DNA of 36,126 bases, from NCBI GenBank assembly GCA_028709565.1, contig JAQVWU010000001.1, forward strand, positions 1 through 36,126, written 5' to 3'. Source of the stretch: Eubacteriales bacterium (GTDB taxonomy: Bacteria; Bacillota; Clostridia; Oscillospirales; CAG-272). Of the stretch, positions 1-8,059 are shown one piece after another (position 1 is the first letter of the stretch; every line of letters begins with the position of its first letter). The position numbers and the translations under genes are program-made. Below the pieces are notes generated by a model, which searched no databases, was not told the origin of the DNA, and worked only from the letters and a program-made list of their open reading frames with translations.

Positions 1-222
1 AATGACCGCTTTTTCATCGAAAGCGTCGGCCTCTCTTTCTTCGAATGATATGGCGTTTGTGGGGCATACCGGAAGGCAATTGCCTAAACCGTCACAGTAA
101 TCATCGCGGACCAGTTTTGCTTTACCGTTTTCCAGGGCAATGGCGCCTTCATGACAGGCATCGACGCACAGACCGCATCCGTTGCATTTTTCTTCATCTA
201 TTTTTATGATTTTCCTGATCAT
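1..222 (-). CDS. 4Fe-4S dicluster (ferredoxin-type) domain protein, N-terminal 74 codons only; the gene continues past the left window edge
   Basis: Reverse-strand ATG at 220-222 is preceded by an SD (GAGGAGAAcaaaATG). My translation is [74 protein letters not shown]. It has CxxCxxCxxxC plus C..C...CP cysteine patterns typical of 2x[4Fe-4S] domains. The frame is open to position 1. Confidence 0.75.
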   Translation of the reverse strand, partial: MIRKIIKIDEEKCNGCGLCVDACHEGAIALENGKAKLVRDDYCDGLGNCLPVCPTNAISFEEREADAFDEKAVI

Positions 223-264
223 TTTGTTCTCCTCTTAACTTATAATATTTATTTATTTACTTTA

Positions 265-293
265 TTTACTTTGCAACAATATTATAGTATAAT
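265..293 (+). promoter_or_regulatory. Candidate sigma-A promoter of the Crp/Fnr-family gene (TTTACT - 17 nt - TATAAT)
   Basis: -35 TTTACT at 265-270, 17-nt spacer, -10 TATAAT at 288-293. This is about 70 nt upstream of the TTG start at 364. Motif match only. Confidence 0.45.
281..286 (-). promoter_or_regulatory. Candidate -10 box (TATAAT on minus strand) for the 4Fe-4S gene; no usable -35 hexamer (CAGCAT)
   Basis: Plus-strand ATTATA at 281-286. It lies back-to-back with the plus-strand -10 at 288-293. The predicted TSS is near 274, 52 nt upstream of the ATG at 222. Confidence 0.4.
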
Positions 294-308
294 TTATACG
301 GAAATGCT

Positions 309-322
309 GTTGCATTTGCAAC
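309..322. promoter_or_regulatory. Perfect 14-bp palindrome GTTGCATTTGCAAC (GTTGC-N4-GCAAC), candidate Crp/Fnr-type operator
   Basis: Read directly from the sequence. An extra half-site copy, TTTGCAAC, lies at 270-277. The 5-N4-5 architecture matches Crp/Fnr-family sites, and the site is adjacent to a Crp/Fnr gene. Confidence 0.45.
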
Positions 323-363
323 GACTGAAATAAATATAACAAAAAAACACGAGGAAAAAGATT

Positions 364-1020
364 TTGACAGGAATTTTAAAAAGCCATCAACTATTTGAAG
401 GAATAAACAAATCGGAAATAAGCAGTGTATTAAAATGTTTAAAAAGTTATACAAAGCTGTTTCCCAAAGGGGACTTTATTTTTTTGAACGGCAAAAGCAT
501 ACCGTCAATCGCAATTCTGATTTCCGGTGAAGCTCAGGTCAGAAAAGAAAATATACTCGGTGATTCAATGATTATCGGAACCTTGTTAAAAGGTGATATG
601 TTCGGCGAGTCTTTTGCATGCATTTCAGTGGCTGCCATCCCCGTATCGGTGATTGCTTTGGAAAAATGCGAGGTACTCTTTATGGATGTAAACAATATAA
701 CCAATATTTGTACCAACGCATGTTCGTTTCATCGCAGGTTAATTTCCAATCTTTTGAAAATCATCGCGCATAAAAATATATTGCTCAATCAAAAAATGTC
801 TTATATAACACATAAAACAATTCGCAACAGACTCGAAGCTTATTTTCACGATATAATTGAAAAGAGCGGTTCATACACCTTCACAATTCCCTATAATCGC
901 AATGAACTGGCTGATTACCTGTGCGCCGACCGGAGCGCGTTGAGCAGAGAATTATCTAAAATGAAAAGCGAAGGCATTATTGATTTTAACAAAAACATTT
1001 TCCGTTGGATTAAAAAGTAA
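364..1020 (+). CDS. Crp/Fnr family transcriptional regulator (cNMP-binding-like effector domain plus C-terminal HTH)
   Basis: 218-aa ORF with a TTG start at 364, 8 nt after GAGGA (351-355). The N-terminal region LFEGINKSEISSVL...FLNGKSIPSIAILISGEAQV...GDMFGE fits a beta-roll effector domain. The C-terminal RNELADYLCADRSALSRELSKMKSEGII fits a Crp-type HTH. Confidence 0.85.
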   Translation: MTGILKSHQLFEGINKSEISSVLKCLKSYTKLFPKGDFIFLNGKSIPSIAILISGEAQVRKENILGDSMIIGTLLKGDMFGESFACISVAAIPVSVIALEKCEVLFMDVNNITNICTNACSFHRRLISNLLKIIAHKNILLNQKMSYITHKTIRNRLEAYFHDIIEKSGSYTFTIPYNRNELADYLCADRSALSRELSKMKSEGIIDFNKNIFRWIKK

Positions 1021-1032
1021 GGACGGAGATAA

Positions 1033-3453
1033 TCAAAACTGCGGCGCGTAACAGTAAAGAATATCGCCTGAACAGTTATGAAGTTTTACCTTATGCGGCT
1101 GACCCGGAAACAAATCGAAAAAGTTATCGGACAGACGATTGCCGTCAATATCTATACAAACACCCAGTACCAAACGGTCGGACATGTAAACAGCAAAATC
1201 ATCTTCATATTTAACCTTAATCTCCGGGATGTCAAACGGTACCGGAGTCATGGTTTTTTCGATTAAACGACGTCTTGCGACCTTCCCTTCATCTGATTTA
1301 AGCAGGGCATACGGTATTGATTCAGAGCTTTTATCAGCGTCGATATGGGCGACAACAGAGGATGTGTTGGCGTCCAGGACAACATCTGTTTTTTCTTTAT
1401 ATATATATCTGTCAACCCCCATTATACCGTATTCAAGTTCAGCATGAACAGGATTTAGTTTTTCGTTGATGGCATATACATCAAATCCGTCATCAGTGCG
1501 CACTATATCCACTGCTGTCGATTCAAAAGCACGCTTAACAGGGTAAAACGAGGGGGTACGCCGGCGAAGATAATCTACGATTGTCCAGCTGTTTGTCGCC
1601 GGCCAGGTATCATTATACATCCAAAAGATAGCCGACGCGGAATCATACATACGGCGGCGGAAGTTTAAAATATATTCGGTAAGACCTTCTCCCTGTCCGA
1701 AGCCGGCATAATATATATAATCTTTAATTGAAGCGTTTGTCAGATCAACGCCGAATTTTTCCCTGACCAGTTTTGTCTGCGGATTATTGATAGCTATAGT
1801 GTTATTATGCAATTCCCATGAAAATGAACCGACAAAATCATCGCCCTTTTCCAGACATGCCATTGTATTGGGATAGCTGGTTGAACCGAGTACCCCGCCT
1901 TCGTTTGCAAAACGGCACTCATATGAACGATATTTATAATAATCTTTATCTGTAAACCCGATACCCCAGGGATGCTGATCGCCGATAATATCGCTGTTAG
2001 GATCCGAACCGTCGGGTGAAAACGGACTGGATGGCTGATAAAAACGATTATCGCCTTCATCGCGTAAAATCATCGGAATCAGTATATAATAAAGCTGTGC
2101 GTCGGGATACTTTTTCACCTTGCTATTTCCCAAAAGGGATCTTGCCTGCCAGTCAATTTCATTGTTGCCCGACCAGATGATAAGCGAAGCGTAAGGTGAC
2201 AGTCTGCGGACATTGTGGATTATCTCGCTTTTATAGTTTTCAAAGAACTCGGTTTCTGCCGCGGGATATGCTCCGCAGGCATTGATAAAGTCCTGCCATA
2301 CCAGAATGCCTTTTTCATCACACAAATCGTAGAAATCATCGGTTTCATAAATTCCGCCGCCCCAGACGCGCAGAGCATTACAATTAGCTTCAAGTGCGCG
2401 GTCGGTTAATGTATCATAAACATCCCTTGTCAGACGGCTGTAAATCAAATCCGCCGGCACCATGTTCCCGCCTTTGGTAAAGATATTATTGCCATTGATA
2501 TTAACTATAAAATAACGTCCGGACTTCGGATGTGTATCCTGGTTTATCACAACCTTGCGGAATGCCGTCTTTTTGTTGATACACGCAATTTCATTGCCCG
2601 TTACCGCATCGGTTATTATAATTTTAATTGTATAACGATTCTGAGCGCCGTAATTTACGGGATTCCATAGCAAAGGATTATCCACATCAATGACAATGGG
2701 TATATAGCTTTCCCCGGTCGACGCGGTTCCTTCCAATTCAAGAGAATCGCCGGTTTCTTTTATAGATATATTGATTTTATATGGACGAGGCTCGGAATAA
2801 TTTTGCAGATATTGCCGAATATTAACGGTTCCGGCGCTGTAATCGTCGTTTACTTCCGTATATATCGAAGTTTCCTTCGGGAAAATGCCGTCGCCGATTT
2901 CAATATAACATGATTTATAAATACCGACATTAATACAGCGCGGCGACCAGTCCCACTCGAACGAGCACTGGGGTTTTCTCAGCCAGGCGCGGTTATGCAG
3001 ATGATATCCAAATTCCCAAGGCTCGGGATACAGACCTTCGGTATCCTTCTTAACCGCATAATTAATGCCGCTCTCTATTTCCACACGAACCGTGTTTACA
3101 CCTTCATGTACGAATGATGTCATATCAAGCGCGCACGGGAGATAGAAGTTGTTATGCGAACCCGCATGCTTATCATTTATATATATCTCCGCAGTCAGAT
3201 CCAAACCCAAAAATACCACTCGGAGGCGCTTTTTTGCATCATCTGCCGTCAGTACAAAATCCCTTTGATAATACCACAATTGTTCTTCAATCCAGCGTCC
3301 CGCAAGAACGTTATTTCCATAAACCGGATTACCCGTGATATGTTCCAAAGCCTGTTGAACGGTCCCGGGAACTACAGCCTTACATTTTACAAACCTGCGC
3401 TGACCCGTGGTCTGTGTCAGGTCCCATGATCCATCCAGCGATATGGTTTTCAT
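1033..3453 (-). CDS. Glycoside hydrolase family 2 protein, beta-mannosidase-like
   Basis: The ORF-track ORF is 1033..3480. I prefer the ATG at 3453 (MKTISLDGSWDL...) because AGGAGG lies 8 nt upstream. Motifs LRKPQCSFEWDWSP and IWSGNNE (acid/base region) are typical of GH2 beta-mannosidases. Length is 806 aa. Confidence 0.75.
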   Translation of the reverse strand: MKTISLDGSWDLTQTTGQRRFVKCKAVVPGTVQQALEHITGNPVYGNNVLAGRWIEEQLWYYQRDFVLTADDAKKRLRVVFLGLDLTAEIYINDKHAGSHNNFYLPCALDMTSFVHEGVNTVRVEIESGINYAVKKDTEGLYPEPWEFGYHLHNRAWLRKPQCSFEWDWSPRCINVGIYKSCYIEIGDGIFPKETSIYTEVNDDYSAGTVNIRQYLQNYSEPRPYKINISIKETGDSLELEGTASTGESYIPIVIDVDNPLLWNPVNYGAQNRYTIKIIITDAVTGNEIACINKKTAFRKVVINQDTHPKSGRYFIVNINGNNIFTKGGNMVPADLIYSRLTRDVYDTLTDRALEANCNALRVWGGGIYETDDFYDLCDEKGILVWQDFINACGAYPAAETEFFENYKSEIIHNVRRLSPYASLIIWSGNNEIDWQARSLLGNSKVKKYPDAQLYYILIPMILRDEGDNRFYQPSSPFSPDGSDPNSDIIGDQHPWGIGFTDKDYYKYRSYECRFANEGGVLGSTSYPNTMACLEKGDDFVGSFSWELHNNTIAINNPQTKLVREKFGVDLTNASIKDYIYYAGFGQGEGLTEYILNFRRRMYDSASAIFWMYNDTWPATNSWTIVDYLRRRTPSFYPVKRAFESTAVDIVRTDDGFDVYAINEKLNPVHAELEYGIMGVDRYIYKEKTDVVLDANTSSVVAHIDADKSSESIPYALLKSDEGKVARRRLIEKTMTPVPFDIPEIKVKYEDDFAVYMSDRLVLGVCIDIDGNRLSDNFFDLFPGQPHKVKLHNCSGDILYCYAPQF

Positions 3454-3499
3454 TACATTTGCCCTCCTGTAAGCAATCATTTATGCATTCATTCGATTT

Positions 3500-3528
3500 A
3501 TTATAAATTCAATTTATATTATTGTCAA
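3500..3528 (-). promoter_or_regulatory. Consensus sigma-A promoter for the GH2 gene (TTGACA - 17 nt - TATAAT)
   Basis: Plus-strand TGTCAA at 3523-3528 and ATTATA at 3500-3505 with a 17-nt spacer, about 45 nt upstream of the ATG at 3453. Confidence 0.6.
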
Positions 3529-3629
3529 GGTTTTTAGCATATATAAATTAAAACTCCAAATTACAGCGATTACATATTAATACATTTTGATTTTGATGTT
3601 AATAAAACGTTACAATGACTTAGAAATCA

Positions 3630-3658
3630 TTGATATTCCCACGGTTTTATGGTATAAT
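3630..3658 (+). promoter_or_regulatory. Sigma-A promoter for ctc (TTGATA - 17 nt - TGgTATAAT, extended -10)
   Basis: TTGATA at 3630-3635, TG at 3650-3651, TATAAT at 3653-3658. The leader to the ATG at 3756 is about 90 nt. Confidence 0.6.
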
Positions 3659-3688
3659 ATATAGAGATAATTGATATACCATTTTTCT

Positions 3689-3706
3689 GATATCAAAATT
3701 GATATC
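3689..3706. promoter_or_regulatory. Perfect 18-bp palindrome GATATCAAAATTGATATC in the ctc 5' leader
   Basis: Read directly from the sequence. AATTGATAT recurs at 3669-3677 and 3697-3705, and TTGATAT also forms the -35 region (3630-3636). Confidence 0.4.
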
Positions 3707-3755
3707 GCAGGTTATAAATCTAAAATCAGCTAAATGATATAAGGAGACTAAAGAT

Positions 3756-4421
3756 ATGAAAGAAATCGGAACAATAAACATCCGTCAAAGAGAACCCGGC
3801 AGCGACAGGTCAAATAAGCGACTCAGGAAAAACGGACTTATACCCGGCAATATTTATGCGAAAGACATGGATTCTGTATCTATAACTTTAAGAGCGGATG
3901 ATTTAAAAAAGACCATGTCGAAGTATGGCAGGAACTCCGGTTATAAATTATTACAGCCGGACGGCAACATGTATACCGTTATTATAAAAAACATTCAAAT
4001 ATTACCGATGAATAACGAATATATTCATGCCGAATTTCAAAAAATCTCATTAACCGACAAAATCACGGTAGACGTTCCTATTTTTTTGACAGGCAGAGAG
4101 CTTCTGGATTCCAGGGATATTTTTTCCGTAAAACATATTGAAAATTTATCTGTATCAGGGATTCCCCAAAACATACCTGATTATATAGAAATTGATGTTA
4201 CAGATAAAGAAATCGGTGATTTTATATCTATGGCAGATGTGACTTTGCCCGAAGGTTTGGAAACCGACACCGAACCGGACTTCAAACTGGTCTCGTTTAC
4301 CAGAGGCAAGGTTTATGAACTTGAAGAGACGACAGAAGAAACCGATGAAGAAACCGATGCAGAAGATCAGACCGATGATGAGAATACTGATGAAGAAAGC
4401 GATGATACTGAAAACAAATAA
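3756..4421 (+). CDS. ctc: 50S ribosomal protein L25 / general stress protein Ctc, with a long acidic C-terminal tail
   Basis: The N-terminus (RQREPGSDRSNKRLRKNGLIPGNIY...) matches the L25/Ctc family. AAGGAG lies upstream of the ATG. The 221-aa two-domain length is typical of Ctc-type L25. Confidence 0.85.
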   Translation: MKEIGTINIRQREPGSDRSNKRLRKNGLIPGNIYAKDMDSVSITLRADDLKKTMSKYGRNSGYKLLQPDGNMYTVIIKNIQILPMNNEYIHAEFQKISLTDKITVDVPIFLTGRELLDSRDIFSVKHIENLSVSGIPQNIPDYIEIDVTDKEIGDFISMADVTLPEGLETDTEPDFKLVSFTRGKVYELEETTEETDEETDAEDQTDDENTDEESDDTENK

Positions 4422-4467
4422 TTTTTAATTAAATAGCATTAAATAATATCTTATGAAAGGTGAAACA

Positions 4468-4974
4468 ATGTATAAAATCGATGATTATGTCATGTACAGT
4501 ACCACAGGAGTTTGTAAAATCACCGACATTAAACAGGGGAAATTATTTAATGATGTTGAAACAAGATACTATGTATTGTGCCCTGTTTTCGATAATAACC
4601 CCTCATCCATAAGGGTCTCTGTTGATAACAAAAAAGTCAAAATGCGGAAAATATTATCCGAAAACGATGTTGTCTCCTTGATAGATAACTTCCCATCCGT
4701 CGAAACGCAATGGATAAACGACAGTAAACTCCGCGGCGCAAAACATAAAGAATACCTGCTTTCAGGAAAATGTGAGGATTGGATACTGCTTTTTAAAACT
4801 CTGCAAACAAAAAAAACCGAAAAGAATCAGATTAATAAGGCGCTTTCCCCAACCGATGAAGCTACCATGAAATCAGCCGAAAAATTGCTGTTTCAGGAAT
4901 TTTCCATAGCGTTGAATATACCCGTTGACGATGTGGAAAAATACATAAAAAAAAGAGCGGCGCAGGCCGTATAA
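4468..4974 (+). CDS. CarD/CdnL-family (CarD_CdnL_TRCF domain) transcriptional regulator
   Basis: The ORF-track ORF starts at 4453. I prefer the ATG at 4468 (AAAGGTGA SD). MYKIDDYVMYSTTGVCKITDI...RYYVL... fits the CarD N-terminal Tudor-like domain, and the C-terminal helical region contains LSPTDEATMKSAEKLL. Confidence 0.7.
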   Translation: MYKIDDYVMYSTTGVCKITDIKQGKLFNDVETRYYVLCPVFDNNPSSIRVSVDNKKVKMRKILSENDVVSLIDNFPSVETQWINDSKLRGAKHKEYLLSGKCEDWILLFKTLQTKKTEKNQINKALSPTDEATMKSAEKLLFQEFSIALNIPVDDVEKYIKKRAAQAV

Positions 4975-4988
4975 AAATAGCATATATT

Positions 4989-5028
4989 TCCCTTTTTAAA
5001 TTTATTATAATATTAATTTGAAAAGGGA
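4989..5028 (+). terminator. AT-rich hairpin downstream of the CarD-like gene (possible weak terminator)
   Basis: TCCCTTTTTAAATT...AATTTGAAAAGGGA forms a 14-bp stem with one mismatch, followed by cTTTaTaTTT. The stem is low in GC, so the call is uncertain. Confidence 0.35.
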
Positions 5029-5105
5029 CTTTATATTTCGATTATTTGCGTTTGTTTTATTTTGTTTTTTATTTTGTTTTTATTATGGAAGGAAGTGCGT
5101 ATTTC

Positions 5106-6017
5106 ATGTCAAACAAATTTAGAAAAAAGGGTCTGCTTGATATCGACATTGTAGAAACGACGCCGATTGTCTGGAAAGGAGATTTATGGCGCTGCGAATG
5201 GTTCAGACCTCTCCATTATGCCAACACAGACCATGTTTCCTGCGGCCGTTTTGTGAATATGGAAACAGGCGAGACCTCCGCAATCTTTGCCGAAGGCCAG
5301 TGTTTTCACAGCGCTTATACCGAAAATAATACGCTGTATGTCTATTCGGTCAACGGTTATGACACATCGGACGGTAATAACACAATAAATTTATATCGTT
5401 CAACTGACATGATAAACTGGAAAGAATCAACCGCGCTTACCATGCCCGAGGATTGGAAGTTTTACAATAATTCCGTATGCCTTTGCGGCGATACATATTA
5501 TATGGCGCTGGAAATCGGTCAGCCCGCCGCCGTCACCGGCGTTCCCTTTACGATTGTATACGCGGTATCAAAAAACCTTGTTGACTGGCATATGCTCGAT
5601 ACAGATAAATATATATACACCAAAGAGTTTTATTCGGCTTGTCCGGTAATACGCTGGTCGGATGGCTATTTTTATATAATCTATCTGGAGCGTCAGCCAC
5701 ACCTGAAGTATAATTTTGCTCCGTTTATCATACGCACCCGGGACCTGGAACACTACGAGCGCTGCCCTTATCCCGTTTTCGAATACGGAGACGGCGAAGC
5801 CGATAAATATATACAGAACAGAACGATATTTACGCCCGAACAGATTGAATACATAGAATCATCCGAAGACAATAATAACAGCGATGTTGATTTCTGTGAT
5901 TACAACGGAAAAACTGTAATCCTGTACAGCTGGGGCAATCAGCTCGGCAGAGAATTTCTCGCCGAAGCGGAATATAACGGTCCCTCAGGCGAATGGCTGG
6001 CTTCGTTTTTCAAATAA
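5106..6017 (+). CDS. Hypothetical protein, 303 aa; possibly a beta-propeller glycosidase-like fold (function not established)
   Basis: The ORF-track ORF starts at 5046. I prefer the ATG at 5106 (GGAAGGAAG SD), because the upstream codons come from a T-rich low-complexity tract. Repeated motifs of the type YRSTDMINW, VSKNLVDWHM and NNSDVDFCDYNGK resemble blade motifs of GH32/43/130-type propellers. No family is recognised with certainty. Confidence 0.55.
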   Translation: MSNKFRKKGLLDIDIVETTPIVWKGDLWRCEWFRPLHYANTDHVSCGRFVNMETGETSAIFAEGQCFHSAYTENNTLYVYSVNGYDTSDGNNTINLYRSTDMINWKESTALTMPEDWKFYNNSVCLCGDTYYMALEIGQPAAVTGVPFTIVYAVSKNLVDWHMLDTDKYIYTKEFYSACPVIRWSDGYFYIIYLERQPHLKYNFAPFIIRTRDLEHYERCPYPVFEYGDGEADKYIQNRTIFTPEQIEYIESSEDNNNSDVDFCDYNGKTVILYSWGNQLGREFLAEAEYNGPSGEWLASFFK

Positions 6018-6119
6018 TTCATGAATCCTTTCACGCACCACTTTTTAACTTTTCTATCTTATCTTTTATCTATAAATAAACCGCGGGGACACGGGAGAAG
6101 AGCGAAAAGAACAAAAAGA

Positions 6120-6147
6120 AAAAAGCCGCCGGAACGGCTTTTTTCTT
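6120..6147. terminator. Short bidirectional-type hairpin flanked by A- and T-tracts, between the 303-aa gene and the tRNA
   Basis: aaaaAGCCG-ccggaa-CGGCTtttttcttttt. The GC core is only 4-5 bp. Confidence 0.4.
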
Positions 6148-6149
6148 TT

Positions 6150-6226
6150 TGGCCCGCCCTACAGGATTCGAACCTGCGACCATCGGAATCGGAATCCGGT
6201 ACTCTATCCAGCTGAGCTAAAGGCGG
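6150..6226 (-). tRNA. tRNA-Arg (anticodon CCG), CCA encoded
   Basis: Hand-folded 77-nt cloverleaf. Acceptor stem is CCGCCTT/AGGGCGG. The D arm is GCTC-AGCTGGATA-GAGT, with A20 as in Arg tRNAs. The anticodon loop is TTCCGAT (U33, CCG, A37). The T arm is GCAGG-TTCGAAT-CCTGT. G73 and CCA follow. Confidence 0.85.
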
Positions 6227-6246
6227 TTATCGGTATGAACTTATAT

Positions 6247-6275
6247 ATTATAACACAGTTCGCTCTGTTTGTAAA
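6247..6275 (-). promoter_or_regulatory. Sigma-A promoter for tRNA-Arg (TTTACA - 17 nt - TGtTATAAT)
   Basis: Plus-strand TGTAAA at 6270-6275 and ATTATA at 6247-6252, with CA at 6254-6255 giving the TG extension. The -10 box ends about 20 nt upstream of the tRNA 5' end. Confidence 0.6.
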
Positions 6276-6307
6276 GATATATTTTTCGAATTTTTATCAA
6301 AAAACAC

Positions 6308-6336
6308 TGTTAATCGGGGACGAATTATGTTATAAT
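6308..6336 (+). promoter_or_regulatory. Candidate promoter for fhs (weak -35 TGTTAA, extended -10 TGtTATAAT)
   Basis: TATAAT at 6331-6336 is preceded by TGt. The leader to the ATG at 6381 is about 38 nt. Confidence 0.4.
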
Positions 6337-6380
6337 ATAGTTCCGTAAACTATTTTATATAAAAGACGGAGGACTCTTTC

Positions 6381-8054
6381 ATGAAATCCGATATTAAAAT
6401 TGCCCAGAGTGCCAATCTGCTGCCTATAAATGAAATCGCGTCAAACCTGGGCATAAATGACGATGAACTTGAATTATATGGTAAATATAAGGCAAAAATA
6501 ACAGACGATTATATGCTGCGCAATGCCGATAAACCGGACGGAAAACTGGTATTGGTTACCGCTATCAGTCCTACTCCGGCAGGAGAAGGAAAAACCACCA
6601 CTACGGTAGGACTCGGACAGGCGATGCGTAAAATAGGAAAGAACGCGGTTATCGCGCTGCGCGAACCTTCTCTGGGACCTGTTTTCGGTATTAAGGGCGG
6701 AGCCGCGGGCGGCGGTTATTCACAGGTTCTTCCGATGGAAGATATCAACCTGCATTTTACCGGCGATTTTCACGCAATAACAGCCGCTAATAATCTGCTT
6801 TGCGCCGTTATCGACAACCACATTCAACAGGGCAATGAATTGAATATAGACCAGCGCCGTATACTTTTTAACCGTGTTACCGACACAAATGACCGTGCGC
6901 TGCGTAATATTATAATAGGATTAGGCACCAAGGCTGACGGCATCCCCCGTGAAGATCATTTCACCATAACGGTAGCCAGCGAGGTTATGGCAATCCTGTG
7001 CCTTTCTGATTCAATAAGTGATTTAAAGAAAAGGCTCGGTGAAATATTCATTGCCTATACAATCGACGGAAAACCGGTATTTGCGCGAGACCTTAATGTT
7101 CAGGGGGCTATGGCCGCTTTGCTGCGCGACGCTCTCAAACCCAATCTGGTGCAGACAATTGAAAACACACCTGCATTGATTCACGGCGGTCCTTTCGCAA
7201 ATATAGCCCACGGATGCAACTCGGTCCGGGCTACCAAAACGGCGCTTAAACTGGCTGATTACGCCATAACCGAGGCGGGATTCGGCGCCGATTTGGGTGC
7301 GGAAAAGTTTTTTGATATAAAATGCCGGATGGCCGGTTTGAGGCCGTCAGCGGTTGTGCTTGTCGCCACTATACGCGCCCTGAAGTATCATGGCGGGGTT
7401 CCAAAAAGCAACCTTAATAAAGAAAATTTAAAGGCGATTAAACGCGGCGTATGCAATCTTGAGGCGCATGTCGATAATATTGCCAAATTCGGTTTGCCGG
7501 TTGTCGTCGCGCTAAATCGTTTTGAAACCGACACGGAAGCCGAAATCGAGCTTACCGGCAGTATATGCGCCGAAATGGGTGTGGAAATGGCGGTATCCGA
7601 TATGTTTGTCAGAGGCGGAGAGGGCGGTATCGAACTTGCCGAAAAGGTTGTGAAAGCCTGTGATGCGCCCAATGATTTCAGATATTTATACGCGGACGAA
7701 TTGTCGATAGAAGAAAAGATAGAAACAATCGCAACCGAAATATACGGTGCTTCCGGTGTAAAATATGACGATATCGCCGGGAAGGCGATAAAGGCGATAA
7801 AGGCAATCGATCCGATATATTCTGCCTACCCTGTGTGCATGGCAAAAACACAATATTCGCTCTCGGATAATCCGGCTCTCATAGGACGTCCCGGCGATTA
7901 TGTGTTAAACGTACGGGATATCCGGCTCTCGGCGGGCGCGCATTTTATTGTTGTATTGACCGGAACGATAATGACTATGCCCGGTCTGCCTAAAAGCCCC
8001 GCCGCCTATAAAATAGACATTGATGACAACGGAAACATTTCCGGTTTGTTTTAA
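6381..8054 (+). CDS. fhs: Formate--tetrahydrofolate ligase
   Basis: 557 aa. Characteristic motifs are [34 protein letters not shown] and a C-terminal MPGLPK. Confidence 0.95.
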   Translation: MKSDIKIAQSANLLPINEIASNLGINDDELELYGKYKAKITDDYMLRNADKPDGKLVLVTAISPTPAGEGKTTTTVGLGQAMRKIGKNAVIALREPSLGPVFGIKGGAAGGGYSQVLPMEDINLHFTGDFHAITAANNLLCAVIDNHIQQGNELNIDQRRILFNRVTDTNDRALRNIIIGLGTKADGIPREDHFTITVASEVMAILCLSDSISDLKKRLGEIFIAYTIDGKPVFARDLNVQGAMAALLRDALKPNLVQTIENTPALIHGGPFANIAHGCNSVRATKTALKLADYAITEAGFGADLGAEKFFDIKCRMAGLRPSAVVLVATIRALKYHGGVPKSNLNKENLKAIKRGVCNLEAHVDNIAKFGLPVVVALNRFETDTEAEIELTGSICAEMGVEMAVSDMFVRGGEGGIELAEKVVKACDAPNDFRYLYADELSIEEKIETIATEIYGASGVKYDDIAGKAIKAIKAIDPIYSAYPVCMAKTQYSLSDNPALIGRPGDYVLNVRDIRLSAGAHFIVVLTGTIMTMPGLPKSPAAYKIDIDDNGNISGLF

Positions 8055-8059
8055 TTTTA

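Noticed and set aside
5050-5082. T-rich 11-12-nt tandem units (ATTTTGTTTTT) considered as a functional repeat or CRISPR-like element.
   Set aside because: There are only about 2.5 degenerate copies of low-complexity T-rich sequence and no spacer structure. It is noted only in connection with the downstream gene.
6021-6215. 64-aa plus-strand ORF from the ORF track.
   Set aside because: It lies antisense across the tRNA-Arg gene and the terminator hairpin, has no SD, and has a basic low-complexity composition.
6227-6380. I looked for a ZTP (pfl) or THF riboswitch upstream of fhs, and likewise for a T-box upstream of metG (33477..33539).
   Set aside because: The fhs leader after the candidate promoter is only about 38 nt, and the nagA-metG spacer is 63 nt. 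Both are too short, and neither has the conserved boxes.
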